From: Raillietiella orientalis
Lineage: Eukaryota
Assembly (NCBI GenBank): GCA_036172245.1
Contig: JAYWIR010000012.1
Location: 1,550,001-1,614,000, forward strand
Reading direction: 5' to 3'
DNA: 64,000 nucleotides
Shown: piece by piece, positions 12,190 to 24,899 of the stretch
Position numbering within the stretch: position 1 is the stretch's first letter
Layout of the letters: each line of letters starts with the position of its first letter
Notes under the pieces: model-generated
Told to the model about the DNA's origin: nothing
Seen by the model: the letters and a program-made list of their open reading frames with translations, nothing else
The model's database searches: none
Position numbers and translations under genes: made by a program

Positions 12190-13800
12190 GCTTCAAAAAA
12201 AAAGAAATGAATGGAAGCAGACGAAAGCGATCCTCCATTTTCCTCCTCCATTCAAATCCTCCTGCTATTTTCGAGTGCTCTTGCACCAACGGCGGTGACC
12301 CACAGATGCTTCTGATGCATACTGGTTGTTCCGGAGGACCATCTCTCTTCTGACGCACCCTGCCTGCTTCTCGAAAATTCCCTCGGGACCTCTTTAGCTC
12401 CCCGAACCGAAGAACCCAGAGAACCTGCACTGTGGTTCCTTTTGCGGCAGCGGGAGCTCCTTCGGAGACAGAGAGCCAACCCTAGAAGTTCCTTTCTTTC
12501 TGCTCGCCTCTTGCGGTACTGGTGCAGAGCACTCGTGGGAGTGAGGCACGTCCGATACGGGTCCCTGCTCTTGTCTCTGAAGCGCCAGGCCCCTCTTTGG
12601 CTCGGAACTTGTCCCGGAAAAGGTCCGACCGTCGAACACTGCCTCCCAGCGTTTTAGGATGGCCTCGTTGTTGCGGGTCACCGGTTCCGCTGTGGATGGT
12701 CGGGACCTCTCACAATCACCGTGTGGTCGCTGACGCATCTTCTGGAAAGTCGATTCGCAGCGCACGGAGAAATCCCCTGGGAAGAGGCGTTTGCTGCCAT
12801 GTAGTAGTCCCAGAGCTGGCCAACGCAGGGTCTGGTCTTCTCCCGATCTAGGCGTTTTTCAATGAGGACTGACCGCGCTGCCTTGAGCTGAGCTGCAAGC
12901 GGGCTAGAGGCGATTTTTTTCTGGTACGCAAGCCGGCGGTCGTTTCCCCGACTGTAGAACTGAGCAGCCCCATTTTTCGTTAGGAGACCGGACGGCAGCT
13001 GCGGTTTTGAGAAGGGAGGGCTTCCTGTTTGGGAATTTCGCGCTTCCTCCGCGATAAATTCGGCTGGCTGTGATTGCAAAGTGGCGACGGGGGCTGCCAC
13101 CGTCGCGTCAAGGTCACGCTTCAAGGAACAGGAAACCCGCGAGCGCAAAATTCCTTCTCCCTTTTCCGGTTTCTCTTCCACGTGGAAATCGCGAGATGCA
13201 CGCGCGGTGCCCCTTCCTAGGCACACACGAGCACGCACGCCAGCAAATCACCCGGGTTGGCCCCGCGGGAGCTCTGCGCGTGCACGCTGGCCTTCCCGCG
13301 CTTTTTGAATATGTCTAGGTGAACTCCGGGTAGCGCGAAGCTGATCAGCGGATGCCTTTGCCGGACGAGTCCGCTGCTGCTGGAGAGTCTTCGCAGTACC
13401 GAAGCCTCGGAGAAGCGAATTGCTCTCAGCCTCGACGTGATTCCTTGCTCTCAGGCAATCCACACAGTATTCAGCGCATCCACCGTGGTTCCTTTTTCGA
13501 TTTGAGGTGCTCTCTGTTCTGACTCTGCTCAATGGGAGACGGCTTCCATGGTTTCCCTCCTTCCTTGCTCTTCTTCCTCACTGGTCCTCACCCGAAGACG
13601 TATCCAATCTAAAAGCAAAGAGCGAATTCGACCTCCCGCATGTCTGCAATCTCATTCTTGAGTAGGAGGCCCAAAGACCTCCTGCTTCTCGTGGAACGGA
13701 CCCAGCACGCGACTGCGGAGGCAAGGGCGGAAATCATGAGTCCGTTTCCGACTTCCAGGGGTGCCTGGAAATATTCGTATAGGGAATCGGGAGTTGAGGG
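12190..13800 (-). mobile_element. Decayed L1/Tx1-type LINE ORF2 3' part, copy H1 (inverted homolog of 22900-23488)
   Basis: SRVRTESTSNRKRNHGGC (GGL-like), CAANRL (cf. AANRFG/AANRYG in copies A and E), GPYRTCLTPTSALH (degenerate Zn motif), stop and T-rich tail; nucleotide match to 22930-23488. Confidence 0.65.
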
Positions 13801-14249
13801 GAGATGGGACGACAAGGATTAACAAACGAAAGAGGATCCTGGAAGCGGCATCGAAAAGCAGAAGGCTTGAATTTCTCCCTTCTCTTTGGTGTGCGCTGAT
13901 GCTGAACTTCCATCTAGAAAGGAGATGTGGGTTCCTTGGTGATGGAGGAGACAAATTCGCGAAAGGCAACTGTTTCACGTATCAATCAGCGCAGCTATAA
14001 AAAAAATTCGACAAATTCACTTGCACTGAGGTTGAGTTATGATCCGGGGAAGCTGATTCGGAAGGGAGCATCCTTCAACGTCCACGTTTGCTCCGTAGGA
14101 GCGTTTTCGAACGGGGAAAGTCCCTTTTCCCTCAAGGAGGATGCACCAATTGATGTGTGCATTTATTTCTCGGAGTGTACAGGCTTCGAGTTTCACGTGT
14201 GTGTGTGTGTATGTTGTTTTTTCTGTCGGAGTCATCGTCAGTCATGAAG

Positions 14250-14600
14250 TCTCCATTAATTATTCAGTGTGGAGTTTAAAGGAACCGAAGAGAAGAGCCC
14301 TTGCTGAGGAGGGATTCTTTGCCGAGAGCATGGCTTCCTGTGCTTTGATGGATGTTCCCTATTATCACGTCAGTAAATCCGTCCGGCGGAAAAAGTGACC
14401 AGATGTTCTTATGGGATCGTTCCATTGATCGTTGCGTAATGCTCGTAGCACAGTTGCGGCTTGGAGGTACAGGAAAGCGCATTCTCCTCTTTTAATCTTC
14501 CTCCCAGCATCCCGGGATATTGTGCAATCCCCGCGAAAGTTACTCAGTTTACTGCCTGTACTTTTCCTCCCCTGGTAAACGCGATCTTCACGCATGAATT
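14250..14600 (-). mobile_element. LINE ORF2 C-terminal fragment
   Basis: RVYQGRKSTGSKL resembles the HGxLxTG motif before the Zn motif. Confidence 0.3.
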
Positions 14601-14999
14601 GTGGATGGGAGGAGGCGGAGCGTCCGAAATTAAAATTCGCATCTCATGAGGAGAAGGGGGGATGCAGCCGCGTTTCCCGGAGATTCCCGGATGGCTTCGC
14701 GTATGCGACGGCCGTACCTCTCAAGCGTTGGGCTGGCTGCCGGCAGCCGGTGCTCGTCGCGGCCTCGAGTGCGACAGGGGGGTCGCAACCAGCCTTCCTC
14801 CGCTTCCTCCCTCGTAAGATAGAGAAGCGCTCCGGTTCTTCACGCGGATCTCGCCTTCCAGAAGGACGGAGGAGGTTCCGCGTGCCGCATCTCAGAGACG
14901 CTCTTCTGGCCGTAGTCTGATGTTCGGTCGCCTCGAGCTTCTGAGACCACCAGCTTGAGCTCGGAGGCGGCATTCCTTCTGAGCTTGGGGACGTGATCG

Positions 15000-16300
15000 C
15001 GAGGTGTCCCGGGTGTTTGCAGCTACTCCATCAACTTTCCTGTCTAGGAAGCGCTCGTCCCACCTTCCTTTTCGTTTCTTCCTTCTTCTTCATTCCTCTG
15101 CTACTCAAGTTCCCTAGGTCACAGGTCTCCTTTCGTTTCATCTTCTCCTTCCGCTCTTCGATTGTTGGCCTTTCGTTGCCGCCGAGGTCACTGTCTCTCC
15201 TAGACTGCGTCGGGAGCGAAGTGGAGCTTCCAGAAAATCCTGTCTCCACCAAGAATTTCTTATTCAGTCGAAACGTTTCCCCAGAGGCTTTTAGCATGGA
15301 TCCCTCCTCCCACCGAATCTCATCCGGAGTCTTTTCTGATGCCACCAAGAGCCACGCCGACAACAACGGCCCTGGGCAAGCTCACGCCCGAGGCCTCACG
15401 TGCTCAACAGCACCACCCTCCCTCTCGCTGAAACCTGGAGGACATGTCTTCTTGGAATTCCAGAAGACAGAAACACATCTGTCCCAGCTCTCTGGTGAAG
15501 GTTTGACGCTTGAGGGCCGCACTTCCTAGTCGTTGAGCACTCCCAAGAGGTTTCCGACTTACATTGCCATCGTCTCGCTGTCCATACCAACTGACACCTT
15601 CCTTGAAATCTGGTGAGCTTTTCATCGCCTGCGCCGTGGCTCCCTCACATTCGCGTCATCCTGCAGCGCCGGTCCTACTGCCAAAAATTCGGATCCGTTC
15701 GCGGATCCTGGTGATTCTCAAGGGAAGATTGAGGTCGTTCCTTCTTCAGGACCTTTCCAATCATTTGCTCCACCAGATGAGACGCAGCCTTCAGCTTTCG
15801 ACTCGATGGATTCCCAGCACTCCCGGGGGAAACTTCGGAGGAACGAAAGCGCCACCGGATGATTGGATTCTTCTTTCTCCCCTGTGGCCAGCCGTTGACG
15901 ACAGTTCGCTCGCCAGGGATGGTTCGTCACGCCAGCAGCTTCATCTTGGCCGTGTACATCTCGTCATTTCACACTCTGCGAGTCCGTTTGTCATTTCGCT
16001 TCCTGGTGACCCGCTCCAGAGGGTGCGCTAAGGATCTCAGCAAGTTGAAGAGCCGGATGGAATCATCCCAGCACTTTGGGAGTTTCTCAACAGCAGTTAG
16101 GATCGCATCTTTCAGGGTAAGGGTTCCCGATATTGGCAGCAATCGAGCGCCCTAGGGAGGTCACAGTGGGGAATTCGGAGACGGACGGAATTCCCAGAGG
16201 AAGCTCCCACAGACTCGCGAAAGGCGTCCAGCGCTGCCGCAGCAGAGTGAAGCTGCCGAGGAGACCTTTCGGAAGGATGCAGCTCGCTGCTCCCAAGAAT
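15000..16300 (-). mobile_element. Decayed Tx1-type ORF1
   Basis: One frame (16118-15890) reads TAVEKLPKCWDDSIRLFNLLRSLAHPLERVTRK..RV*NDEMYTAKMKLLA*RTIPGERTVVNG, fitting ORF1 VxxLP..D..L..NG..MKL..IP..G; a Lys/Glu-rich tail follows (ORF 15031-15366). Confidence 0.55.
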
Positions 16301-17229
16301 CTGCCTGCTACCTCGTCTTTGAAAACTGGGAAGAGAGAAGATGGCGATGAAATTTTTCTTCAAGCGATCAAGTGAGGAAGCGACGGAGTTGAAATCCCTC
16401 TCTTGCCTTCGTCACGAATGATCGAGGCGCGAGCTGTGGAGAAAATGGGGTTTTACTAATTTTCCTCAAGCTGGAGAGATCACCCCAAGCCCCGGGAGGC
16501 GTCCCGCTGAGCGATGGCAGTGGTGCCAATGGCAAAACCCGAAAGCGTCAGCCAAAATCGAGTCTCTCATCTTGAACGGTTTCTGAAATCTTTTCCTCAA
16601 AGATGAAACTGTGGTTCATTGGGCAGAAGCGAGCTGGATCCAAGGGGCCTATCGTTGTCCCTACTCAGGATTGTCATCACTCGAGGATTCGTACAGGCCG
16701 AAAGCTTGGCACTCTCACAGAAAATGAAGGTGATTGAATGACCACCCCTCTTCTGCGAAGCGGATCTCAAGGAAAGACAGCAACAAGTGTGAAACTTAGG
16801 AAGGATATAGGGAAAAGATGGATGCGCCTCTGATGCAGGCGACAGCTTCAGTCACGTGATAGTAGAAGTCAGGAAGCCAAGATTTCACGGAGGAATGAAC
16901 TCCCATGGCATTCAGACTGTTCTATGCAAATCTGAAGATGTATGAAGCATTAGGGATCTTCCTTGCATCAGTATCAGGGTCTTAGGATAAGAGAAACCTT
17001 TGCAGCTCCGTTCAACACCAGTCCTTAATGCGTGAAAGGCGATGGGAAGAACACGCGACCCCGTTCGTGCAGAATGAACGTTTTTCACAATTCTTTTCGG
17101 GTTGTCAGGGAGTCGAGCCACCGCTTCCTAGTCCCGCGATGGGGAACAGATGTAATCTCCTTGTTTCCTGAAGTTCGTAGGGCCCAAAGGACCGTATGTT
17201 AGGTTTTTAACTTGATGCGCAATTTCCTA

Positions 17230-17453
17230 ATTACGATGCGATGGAGTCGACCCTACATGCGTGCTCCTCCGCCGTCTTCCTGCCTCGTGTCCTTCCTCAA
17301 AATCCACCCCCCAATAGAGGATGAGCTTGGGGAAGCTTAGTCGGCTCACGCGGTACCTCACCGACAGGTCCATCATCGCGGACTGCGGACAGCCTGTCGT
17401 GTGCTCCTCCAGCCCTCGTTCGAGATCGATCTCGCTTGCCCCAAGCTTCACGC
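17230..17453 (-). pseudogene. Possible orphan Death-domain exon
   Basis: Acceptor-like TTTTTTGCTGCAG then GVKLGASEIDLERGLEEH..CPQSAMMDLSVRYR..SFPKLIL, resembling Death-fold helices 2-5. Confidence 0.35.
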
Positions 17454-17559
17454 CTGCAGCAAAAAAACACTTTCTCCATCTTTTGGCCATTTCCGAATGA
17501 AATTAAAACTTCAGCCACGGGTTGAACTCTGGACTTTCGGTTCCCACAAGAAAGAGCAG

Positions 17560-18850
17560 AATTCCTAATGAGCTCCGGAACTGGAGGTGATGAGTCTGCA
17601 TAATGGCGAGTCCCAAGTATCCAAAAACTCAGTTGCCAACAGGTTTGTTAGAATGCAGATGACGCTGAGAATTTTCTTCGGGACTCTCTCGAGATGCGCA
17701 AGGAAATGCAGTACAAGGATTTTTCCCAGCTTCCAACGTCTCTGTACATCTGCTGGTGGACGCCACGGTAAGTGGAAACCGGCCCACCGGTCGGCCGCCA
17801 CATTGCGGAACGGAGTCCGCTGCCAACCGCTTGCCGAAACCTCGGGGCGGGGTAGGAGGAAGAGCCTGTTGATATTCCGCATCTCGCGAAGCGCCCAGGA
17901 ATGCTGTCAGCACACGCGAAGAGCAGTCTCGAATTTGGGAGACGCCAGCAAATGAGGATGAGGCGCGTCTGGTGGCTCCCGAGAGCGGAGGCACTACCAA
18001 GGAAAAACAAGTCGTAAATACGGGAAAGAAGGCAAAGAAGACTGTGCCAACGGAGGATGTTGGATCATGATTTCGACCTTGAAACACGGAAGCTTCTGGG
18101 CTCTTGCCTAGGGAACGAATCGGTCCAGTTTCCATTTTTTTGTCTTAAATATGAGATTTGGACTTCACGAGCAAAAGCTGCCAGATGTCACTCGAAAACG
18201 AAAACACACACAAAAAAAGTGCCCCGTTCGAGTTCAACGGTGAAGAAATCACGCCAAAATGCCCTTCCACTTACATGAGAGGAGCTGTACGGCGGAAGCA
18301 CATGACGCACTTCCGATGCAGAAAAGTGCAAATGCTACTTGGCAGTGGTACGTGAGCTAGTGGGAAGCAGGGGTTCCCTGGGAGAGCACAGCTGACAGGA
18401 ACTGGAGCTCAGGAGAGAACATTCGGTCCGAAGCCTCCCTCCCACCCATCCACCCTTGTAATGTTGAAAATGATCTTCATCGCTTGCTGGGCGGCAAGGC
18501 GGTACGAATTGTGGGGAGCGAAGAGTCGGATGAAGATCGTAAAGGTGGATGCTCAGAACGTTTGCTCTTATCTTGTGTAGCTTTGCGCACGGGCAATATC
18601 TCAGCCAAAGACTCTTGCGGAGGCGTGTTATTGCTAGTTGAAAACGTTTCTTGGGTAGCACGGAAGAGTTTCGAGATCGAACGCGAAGACTTCAAGGGGA
18701 CGCCGGCAAAGTGATGGAAGGAAGTGTTGGCACATTCCCGTTGTTTGAAAACTACGATCACGTGCAGGTGCGTGGGAGGGCTGCTCAGTGGAATTGTAGG
18801 CTGCTTCCCATCCAGTCAAAAAAAGTCACAATCCAAGAGATGTGTTTCAG
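17560..18850 (-). mobile_element. Two adjacent decayed LINE ORF2 thumb fragments
   Basis: KIRANVLSIHLY..FVPP, MKIIFNI..WEGGFGP (~18400-18600); ILICWR / GASR-MRNINRLFL (~17850-17960). Confidence 0.4.
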
Positions 18851-19620
18851 AGGCGCATTTTAGAGAGAACGCTGATCTGACCTCCTCTTGATGCAGGACC
18901 ACAGAAGTGCACGTCATCAGCACGATGGTTTTTCACCCGGATATGCACAATGGGGAGCCTGTGACGGTGGGATCTTCTAGAAAATCGGGTTGCGTAGGAG
19001 AGGGGAGCGAAGTTCTTCCGAATGATCTCAAGCAGGCGATGCAGGATGCCTGGAAAAGCCGAGAAAGCAGGAATAAGTTGCCATCTCTCGTCAGTGAATG
19101 TTATCTTTTCATCATGCGGATGAGGGTCGGCAAAGGTGAAGCAGCAGCTCCAAGCAAATGGTATCGAGGTGATCCTCTCCCAGGATAGAGTTCATTAAAT
19201 TGCATCCAAGGAAGACGCACTTTGGTGTAGCTAGGCAGTGCGCTCTGTTTTTGAGCCACACAGCTCCAGGTGAAAGCGTTCAGGAGGCTCGGTTTTCTGA
19301 TTCCACTTTTATTCTTCCGTGGACGGCGTTTTTCCTATTCTCTCTTCCATCGAAGAACGGGAGAGGTAGCTAGTCATTAGCAAGGGTCAACGGATGAGCA
19401 GGGGAGCACAGTCTCCATGGATTCCCGGCTGGCATGCTCTGTAAAGGGAAAGCTGCATCATCCAAGGAAACTTTGGGTTACATGGAGGCGTCTTCAGCTA
19501 CCCCCTTTCAGAAAGCGAAGAGAGTCGTGCCATTTACCAAGGGTAGTTGGCCAGCAAAAGAATGGAGGATTTGGAAGCGCTTTGTTTTTGCCCTCCACGC
19601 AAGAGGGCTCATCTCGTACG
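18850..19620 (+). mobile_element. Decayed LINE RT/thumb fragment
   Basis: HNGEPV..RKSGC, IKLHPRKT, KAFRRLGF and QQKNGGFG occur in ORF2 order. Confidence 0.45.
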
Positions 19621-19624
19621 CAGA

Positions 19625-20051
19625 AAAGATCCGCTCTTGGAAGCTCTTCTCTGGAGGAAACCCACAAGGGACGCTTCCGAATTTTTCCTGAAGGGCGCTG
19701 CCCGAAAGGAGCGGCACTCCTCTTAGACTCTGGAGAGGTGACATCAATCCACCAGAGCTCCATGCTACGAGATTAACAAAAGGGAGCAAACAGAGAGGGA
19801 ACCGGCCTCCTTGATTCTGTATCCTGGAAGGTCCCTGGAGGGTCAACTTCCATCCTAGCCACTCATCGGGGGCATCCGATTTTATCCGCTACCAGTGCCG
19901 CACCCGAATAGAGGCCAGACAACCAGCGTCATCTTGAAGGAGGAACTCGAAAACCACCCCCATCTCTCGGCGTCGATTTCTTCCGAGTATTCCAACCCGC
20001 GAAGTCTGATGCCACGCGCGGAGACCGTGACCACGCGGTCTCCAGAGCGGG
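19625..20051 (-). mobile_element. SINE copy 2 (3'-truncated)
   Basis: Degenerate head (rc GCGGGTTGGAATACTCGG) and body aligning to copies 1 and 7. Confidence 0.75.
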
Positions 20052-20599
20052 CCATCTCGGAGATCCTAAGGGACCCAGATACGCTACTCGGAGGCGCAGA
20101 TTTCTCTCTTCCTTAGCAGACAGACGATTTTCTCTGAATGACAACAAAATCACCCTTCGTGTCGGACTGATAGAAACCAGGGCAGGGAGAAGAGCTCATC
20201 CTGCGTGAGATGAAACTCGGTCCAAATGAGCATCCATCCTCGACAGGATCAGCTGTTCCTGGATGAGATGAGTTCATCCCAGAGGTGTGAGCTCCAATCT
20301 GAGCTCTAGGATTCGAGATGCTGGTGAAGACGCCCTCCATTCCGCATTCCATGGAAACGGTCCGGACTCTTCCGATTCCTAGATAAGCCGAGAATCAGAA
20401 AATCATTTGGAACTTCAGGATCCAGCATTAAACGAGCTCAGCGTCTGGAGGATATTTTTGGAAAGCAAAAAAAAAAAAAACAAGGCAAATTGAGATTTGC
20501 ACAAGCAAAATTTCATCACTTGGCTGCGCAGTTTTTAACAGCAGCTGTGCAGCGCATTGCATCGTTTAAATTTCTGAGCGTAACACTCTTGGACCCGAG

Positions 20600-21450
20600 C
20601 AGATGTGCCAGGTTTTTTTAGCGATGTATTGGTGGAAGAGCAGAGGGTGAGTAGGACCGCCTCCGAGAAGTGCGCACGGAGACTCCGGAAGTTGGTCAAG
20701 GAAACGAGGCAGAGGCGGGATTCGGGGACAGCTCACTGCGGAAGCGACCGACACGGGGGAGGGATTGAAGTTGACGGACGAGTAAAGTTGAGAAATCCAC
20801 AGAAACGAAGAGTGAAAAAATGATGTACACTCAATGGGGTCGCCCGAAATCTTCACAGGTAAAAGAATCTTCGTTAAATCCCAAGCTCTTCCGGTTTCCA
20901 CTTGGTCCCAAACTATCAGCAAGATGCATCGACAAAGCCTTCTTCCTGAAATGATGAAATTTCGGCTTCCATAAGAAAGGTAGGCAGACAGATTGGTAAG
21001 GGCGCAGCTGCCCCGACCTAAACGAAATGCCTGAGTAGATTTTCGAAAAGGCTGCGCTGGTTCCATGGAAGGAAACTGGGGCAAGATTGCCTCTGAATGT
21101 GCGTGAGCATGAACTACGGCGACTCAAAGATCACGCATTCCTCAACAACACGCTCCGTTGTGATTGCAGCATTCGCATCGGCAATCATCCGCATTTTCCA
21201 TCCGAGCATGCGGAAATCAAAACTCTGTCCTGAGCAGGGATGAGCCGTCCGCAGCTGCCGGGAACTGCAGAGGCAGCAAAAATGATTCTCTCTCTGCTGG
21301 AGATACAGCATTTACAAAGTTCAATCTCCACCTGAACTTCCAGGAAGCATTTGGGCCAAAGCGCTCACCTCTCGGAGCCGCTTTCACCGGAATCGTCGCT
21401 TCCAGGCTGGGCACGAACACGCGCACGTGAAAGCACCACCAGCGCCTCCT
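20600..21450 (-). mobile_element. Decayed LINE RT C-terminus/thumb fragment
   Basis: VRVFVPSLE..WRLNFVN, FRMLGW and CLPFLWKPKFHHFRKKALSM..LG. Confidence 0.5.
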
Positions 21451-22199
21451 CGATCGCGTCCTTCCGCATGTCTTCCTGTTCGGTCGAGGAACGCTGCCGC
21501 CGAGGGAGGAATGCTGCCTTTTCGATCCGTGGCGTTCCAAGGTCTTACTCGTCCCCGAAGGAGCAGCAGCTCGTTTTTATTAATGACGATTCCTTTTTAC
21601 GAGTCCCGAATGCCTCTCTCGCTCTTTCGTGGCGCAATCTTTGCAGGCCCAGCGACACGCTGAAGTCGGCGGCACATGCGAAAATTGCACCCTCGCATTG
21701 ACAGCGAAGAGTGTGTGCGGCATGGCGGGCCGCGTGGCTTGAGGGTCTTCCCAGGCAGTCAACCAGCAGCGGCGCACGGCAACGGGCTCCTTGGATGGAT
21801 TCGAATAAAATCAGAATGGCTTGGGAGAAGGGGAAGTTTCGTTCCTGTTGCGCCCCAGATGGCAGCAGCGGATGCACACGACCATCGTGCTCATCAAGCA
21901 AATACGTCACTCAGGACCACTGAAGGAGCTCGAACGATCTTGCCGATTGATTTCCAGCTTTGCATTCGAGCAATCTTGCGACTGCATACGCATTTGCTCA
22001 GCAAGAGCGGTAGCTGACTCAGACAAGAATGACATCTACTCAGAATGGCATCGACTCTTTTCTTATTGGCATTGATAATCTACTATAGCATCTGCCGATG
22101 ACTGTTTACAATGACAAAGACCAGCTTGCTACTATGATTCCCTATTTGGTCAGCGTACTGCTCTCAAATTTGCAGTGCCATAGGTAGCTGCCGTTTGTC

Positions 22200-22800
22200 A
22201 CATGATGTGTTCGTCTGTAGGTGGCTGCTTTTCAGTGTGAGTCCACTGTCATCCTCGCGATCTTCGAGGAGGCTTTCAGATTTATTGATCAGATCAAAAA
22301 GGAGGCTGCTGGCCAGAGCCCTTTCTCACTTGGTGCATTCCTTGCTCACGAATAGTCTCGTCGTGATCACCGTTGCAATGAAGAAATGGCCTACCTTTTG
22401 CTTAGATGATGAGAAGCTGCTTGCGCGAAGCCTCGTGTTCGAGGAAACCAGAGGCGCTAATTTCTTTTCAGGGGATGCTAAGCCTGCTGTCCAGACCACA
22501 CCAAACTCTCGACTCTCAAATTCCTCCAAAATCCGTCTTTAGAAAGCAGTAGGCTCGAAAACATTCCATTTAGGATCACTGAAGGACAAGGAGCAGAGTT
22601 TTTCGAGTGACGACGCCCTACGGTTCAGGATGGTTCCCTAAGCCAGTCTCTTCGTTGAAATGTCTTCATGAGTGACATTGTTTCTCGTAACGCTCAGACT
22701 TCTCTATGGCCAATTAAAAACCCCCAGTGATGTCCTGGGTAAGAAAGAAATGAAATCTTTCCGCTTACCATTTCCACTTTATCTTCAGTCCTTATGAACT
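22200..22800 (-). mobile_element. LINE ORF2 C-terminal fragment
   Basis: KGRPFLHCNGDHDETIREQG (degenerate CPxC..ET..H motif). Confidence 0.35.
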
Positions 22801-22899
22801 TCGTGAAGTTCATCCTCGGTCAACAACGGTGATAATCACGCGGCACGATCCTACCTTCTCCCTGTGAGGGCATCTACCGCCAGGGACAGCGCCAAAGAC

Positions 22900-23488
22900 G
22901 CAAAAGATAGGAAGAATCGCCATGCCACGCCTCGACAGATGCGTCGGCAACCATGCGATGATTGCTGGAGTTATTGTCGATGGTCCGGACCATCCGCAAG
23001 AACTCGGAAGGGAAATTGTGAAACGCTGGGAGCTGACGTCCCTTGGTCGGCCTTTTCCTGGGCAGGTCTTTTCCGGATCAGGGAGAGACCTGGCGCTCAA
23101 GGGAAGAGGGCAGGGAGCCGTATCGGACGTGCCTCACTCCCAATAGTGCTCTACAGCAGCACCGCAAGAGGCGAACAGAAAGAAGGGAACTTCTAGGGTT
23201 AGCTCTTTGTCTCCGAAGGAGCTCCCGCTGCCACAAGAGGAACCGCAGTGCAGGTTCTCTGGGTTCCTCTTCGGTTCGGGGAGCTAAAGAGGTCCCGAGG
23301 GAATTTTCGAGAAGCAGGCAGGGTGCGTCAGAAGAGAGATGGTCCTCCGGAACAACCAGTGTGCATCAGAAGCATCTGTGGGTCACCGCCGTTGGTGCAA
23401 GAGCACTCGAAAATAGCAGGAGGATTTGAATGAAGGAGTAATATGAAGGATCTCTTTCGTCTGCTTCCATTCATTTTTTTTTTTTTCA
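22900..23488 (+). mobile_element. LINE ORF2 3' end, copy H2
   Basis: Reverse-complement match to 12190-12760, ending CGTCTGCTTCCATTCA(T)n. Confidence 0.7.
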
Positions 23489-24899
23489 TGTGCGGGTACT
23501 TGGAGAAGGTGATGGGTAGATAGATGTAGTCTGCACAGAGTGATGGTAAGTCAGTGCTGATGTTTCGTGACTTGCAATGAACATTTGGTTTTTAAACATA
23601 AGAAGAAAAACAAGAGATCGGTTCTTGGAAAACTCTGAGCCTCTCTTCAGAAGATTTTCGTCTTTCTTTCATTACTTCCGCTCTTGCATCCTTTGGTAAT
23701 TTCGAATGAGATTGAGTTTCGTGTCTTAAAGAACTGGCAGGATGGTAGTGATCAATCTGCCTACCGGAACCAACCGGGTGCCCCATTGCGGCTTCGACAC
23801 ATCTATTTCCTGGTTTCCGTGCTCGAAGAATGCCTGTTCCAATTTGCTTCCACTGACATCTCGAGCAGTGCTCTCCGGATGTTTGGTTTTTGGCAGGGAG
23901 TTCGAGAGTCCTGGCTGTGAAGCTGCAGAGCAAATAGATGCGAAACGATCGAGCAACGTGAATTTCAGGAAAATTAAAACCCTTTGGCAAAGACGACGAG
24001 CTCCTTAGCCAACATGAAATGAAGGGGTATTCCACGCGAGCAGCAGACTGGCTCTTGGAGCACGCTGGCAGAACAGCGGCGGCGTTGAGAGCTCCATGCA
24101 AAGAAAAAAAAAAAAAAAAAAAAGACGTGAAAAATTAATGCAGATAACAACTGCAAGGGGAGGGCACTCTCAGAGCATACCAGATGTCATGAAGCACACG
24201 GTAATTATGTTTATTGCATTGTGTCATGAAAGAGCTCATCTCCCGTTCTTTTGGAAGCATCCAGAAACGTGGTTAGTGCATCATCGATAGGTGATCAAAT
24301 GATTATCGCTGCAAAATTTGCTCGATCGTGTCGCCACCTGGAGAGCTGGCGGCTACGAAAGGCAATGCGGAACACTGCAAGCTTCATGGAGAGGAAGCTC
24401 TTTGACATGAATTGATAAATAACCCATCTCCCTTCCGTCGGAGACGCTATACGGAATGCTCCAGAAGTGCGGTAATAATTTAGTTCACACAGAGGGATAG
24501 ATTTCGGGCATTTCTTTCCAAAAATGAATGCAAGAGGTCCTAAGGGCTTCTGGATTAAGACAAGCTAGTTTGAAAAGTGAGGGAGCACTTTGCGATGAAG
24601 GAGGCAGTACTCTTTGAGGACTGTACGCAGCAGTTCCTTGAGAGGATTGCGGGAGTCACATCGCAATGTCTCTGACGTGCACGAGTATACGGCAGAGTGG
24701 ACCACGACTTGGAATCCATCTTTCCTCAAATCTGCCCATTCTTCCGTATTGAACGCCCTGGTCAGATCCTTGCTTGGAAAATCGCTTATGGCGTCCAGTG
24801 TCGCGGGCAAACCGCCGTGGCATTTTTGAACTTTCCCTTCCCTTCCCGAAGTTCTAATAGACAGTCTTTTACTCTTTCTGGCGATCTATTCAAGAAATC

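Noticed and set aside
18634..18819. Polinton PolB exonuclease motif (FAFDLET)
   Set aside because: Isolated 7-mer; another frame fits LINE RT/thumb motifs better.
20113..20352. Leucine-rich-repeat pseudogene
   Set aside because: Only one LxxLxLxxNxL-like match, with stops; insufficient.
24230..24290. Gypsy gag motif (LPFFWKHPETWL)
   Set aside because: Only ~12 residues, with no further gag/pol or LTR support.
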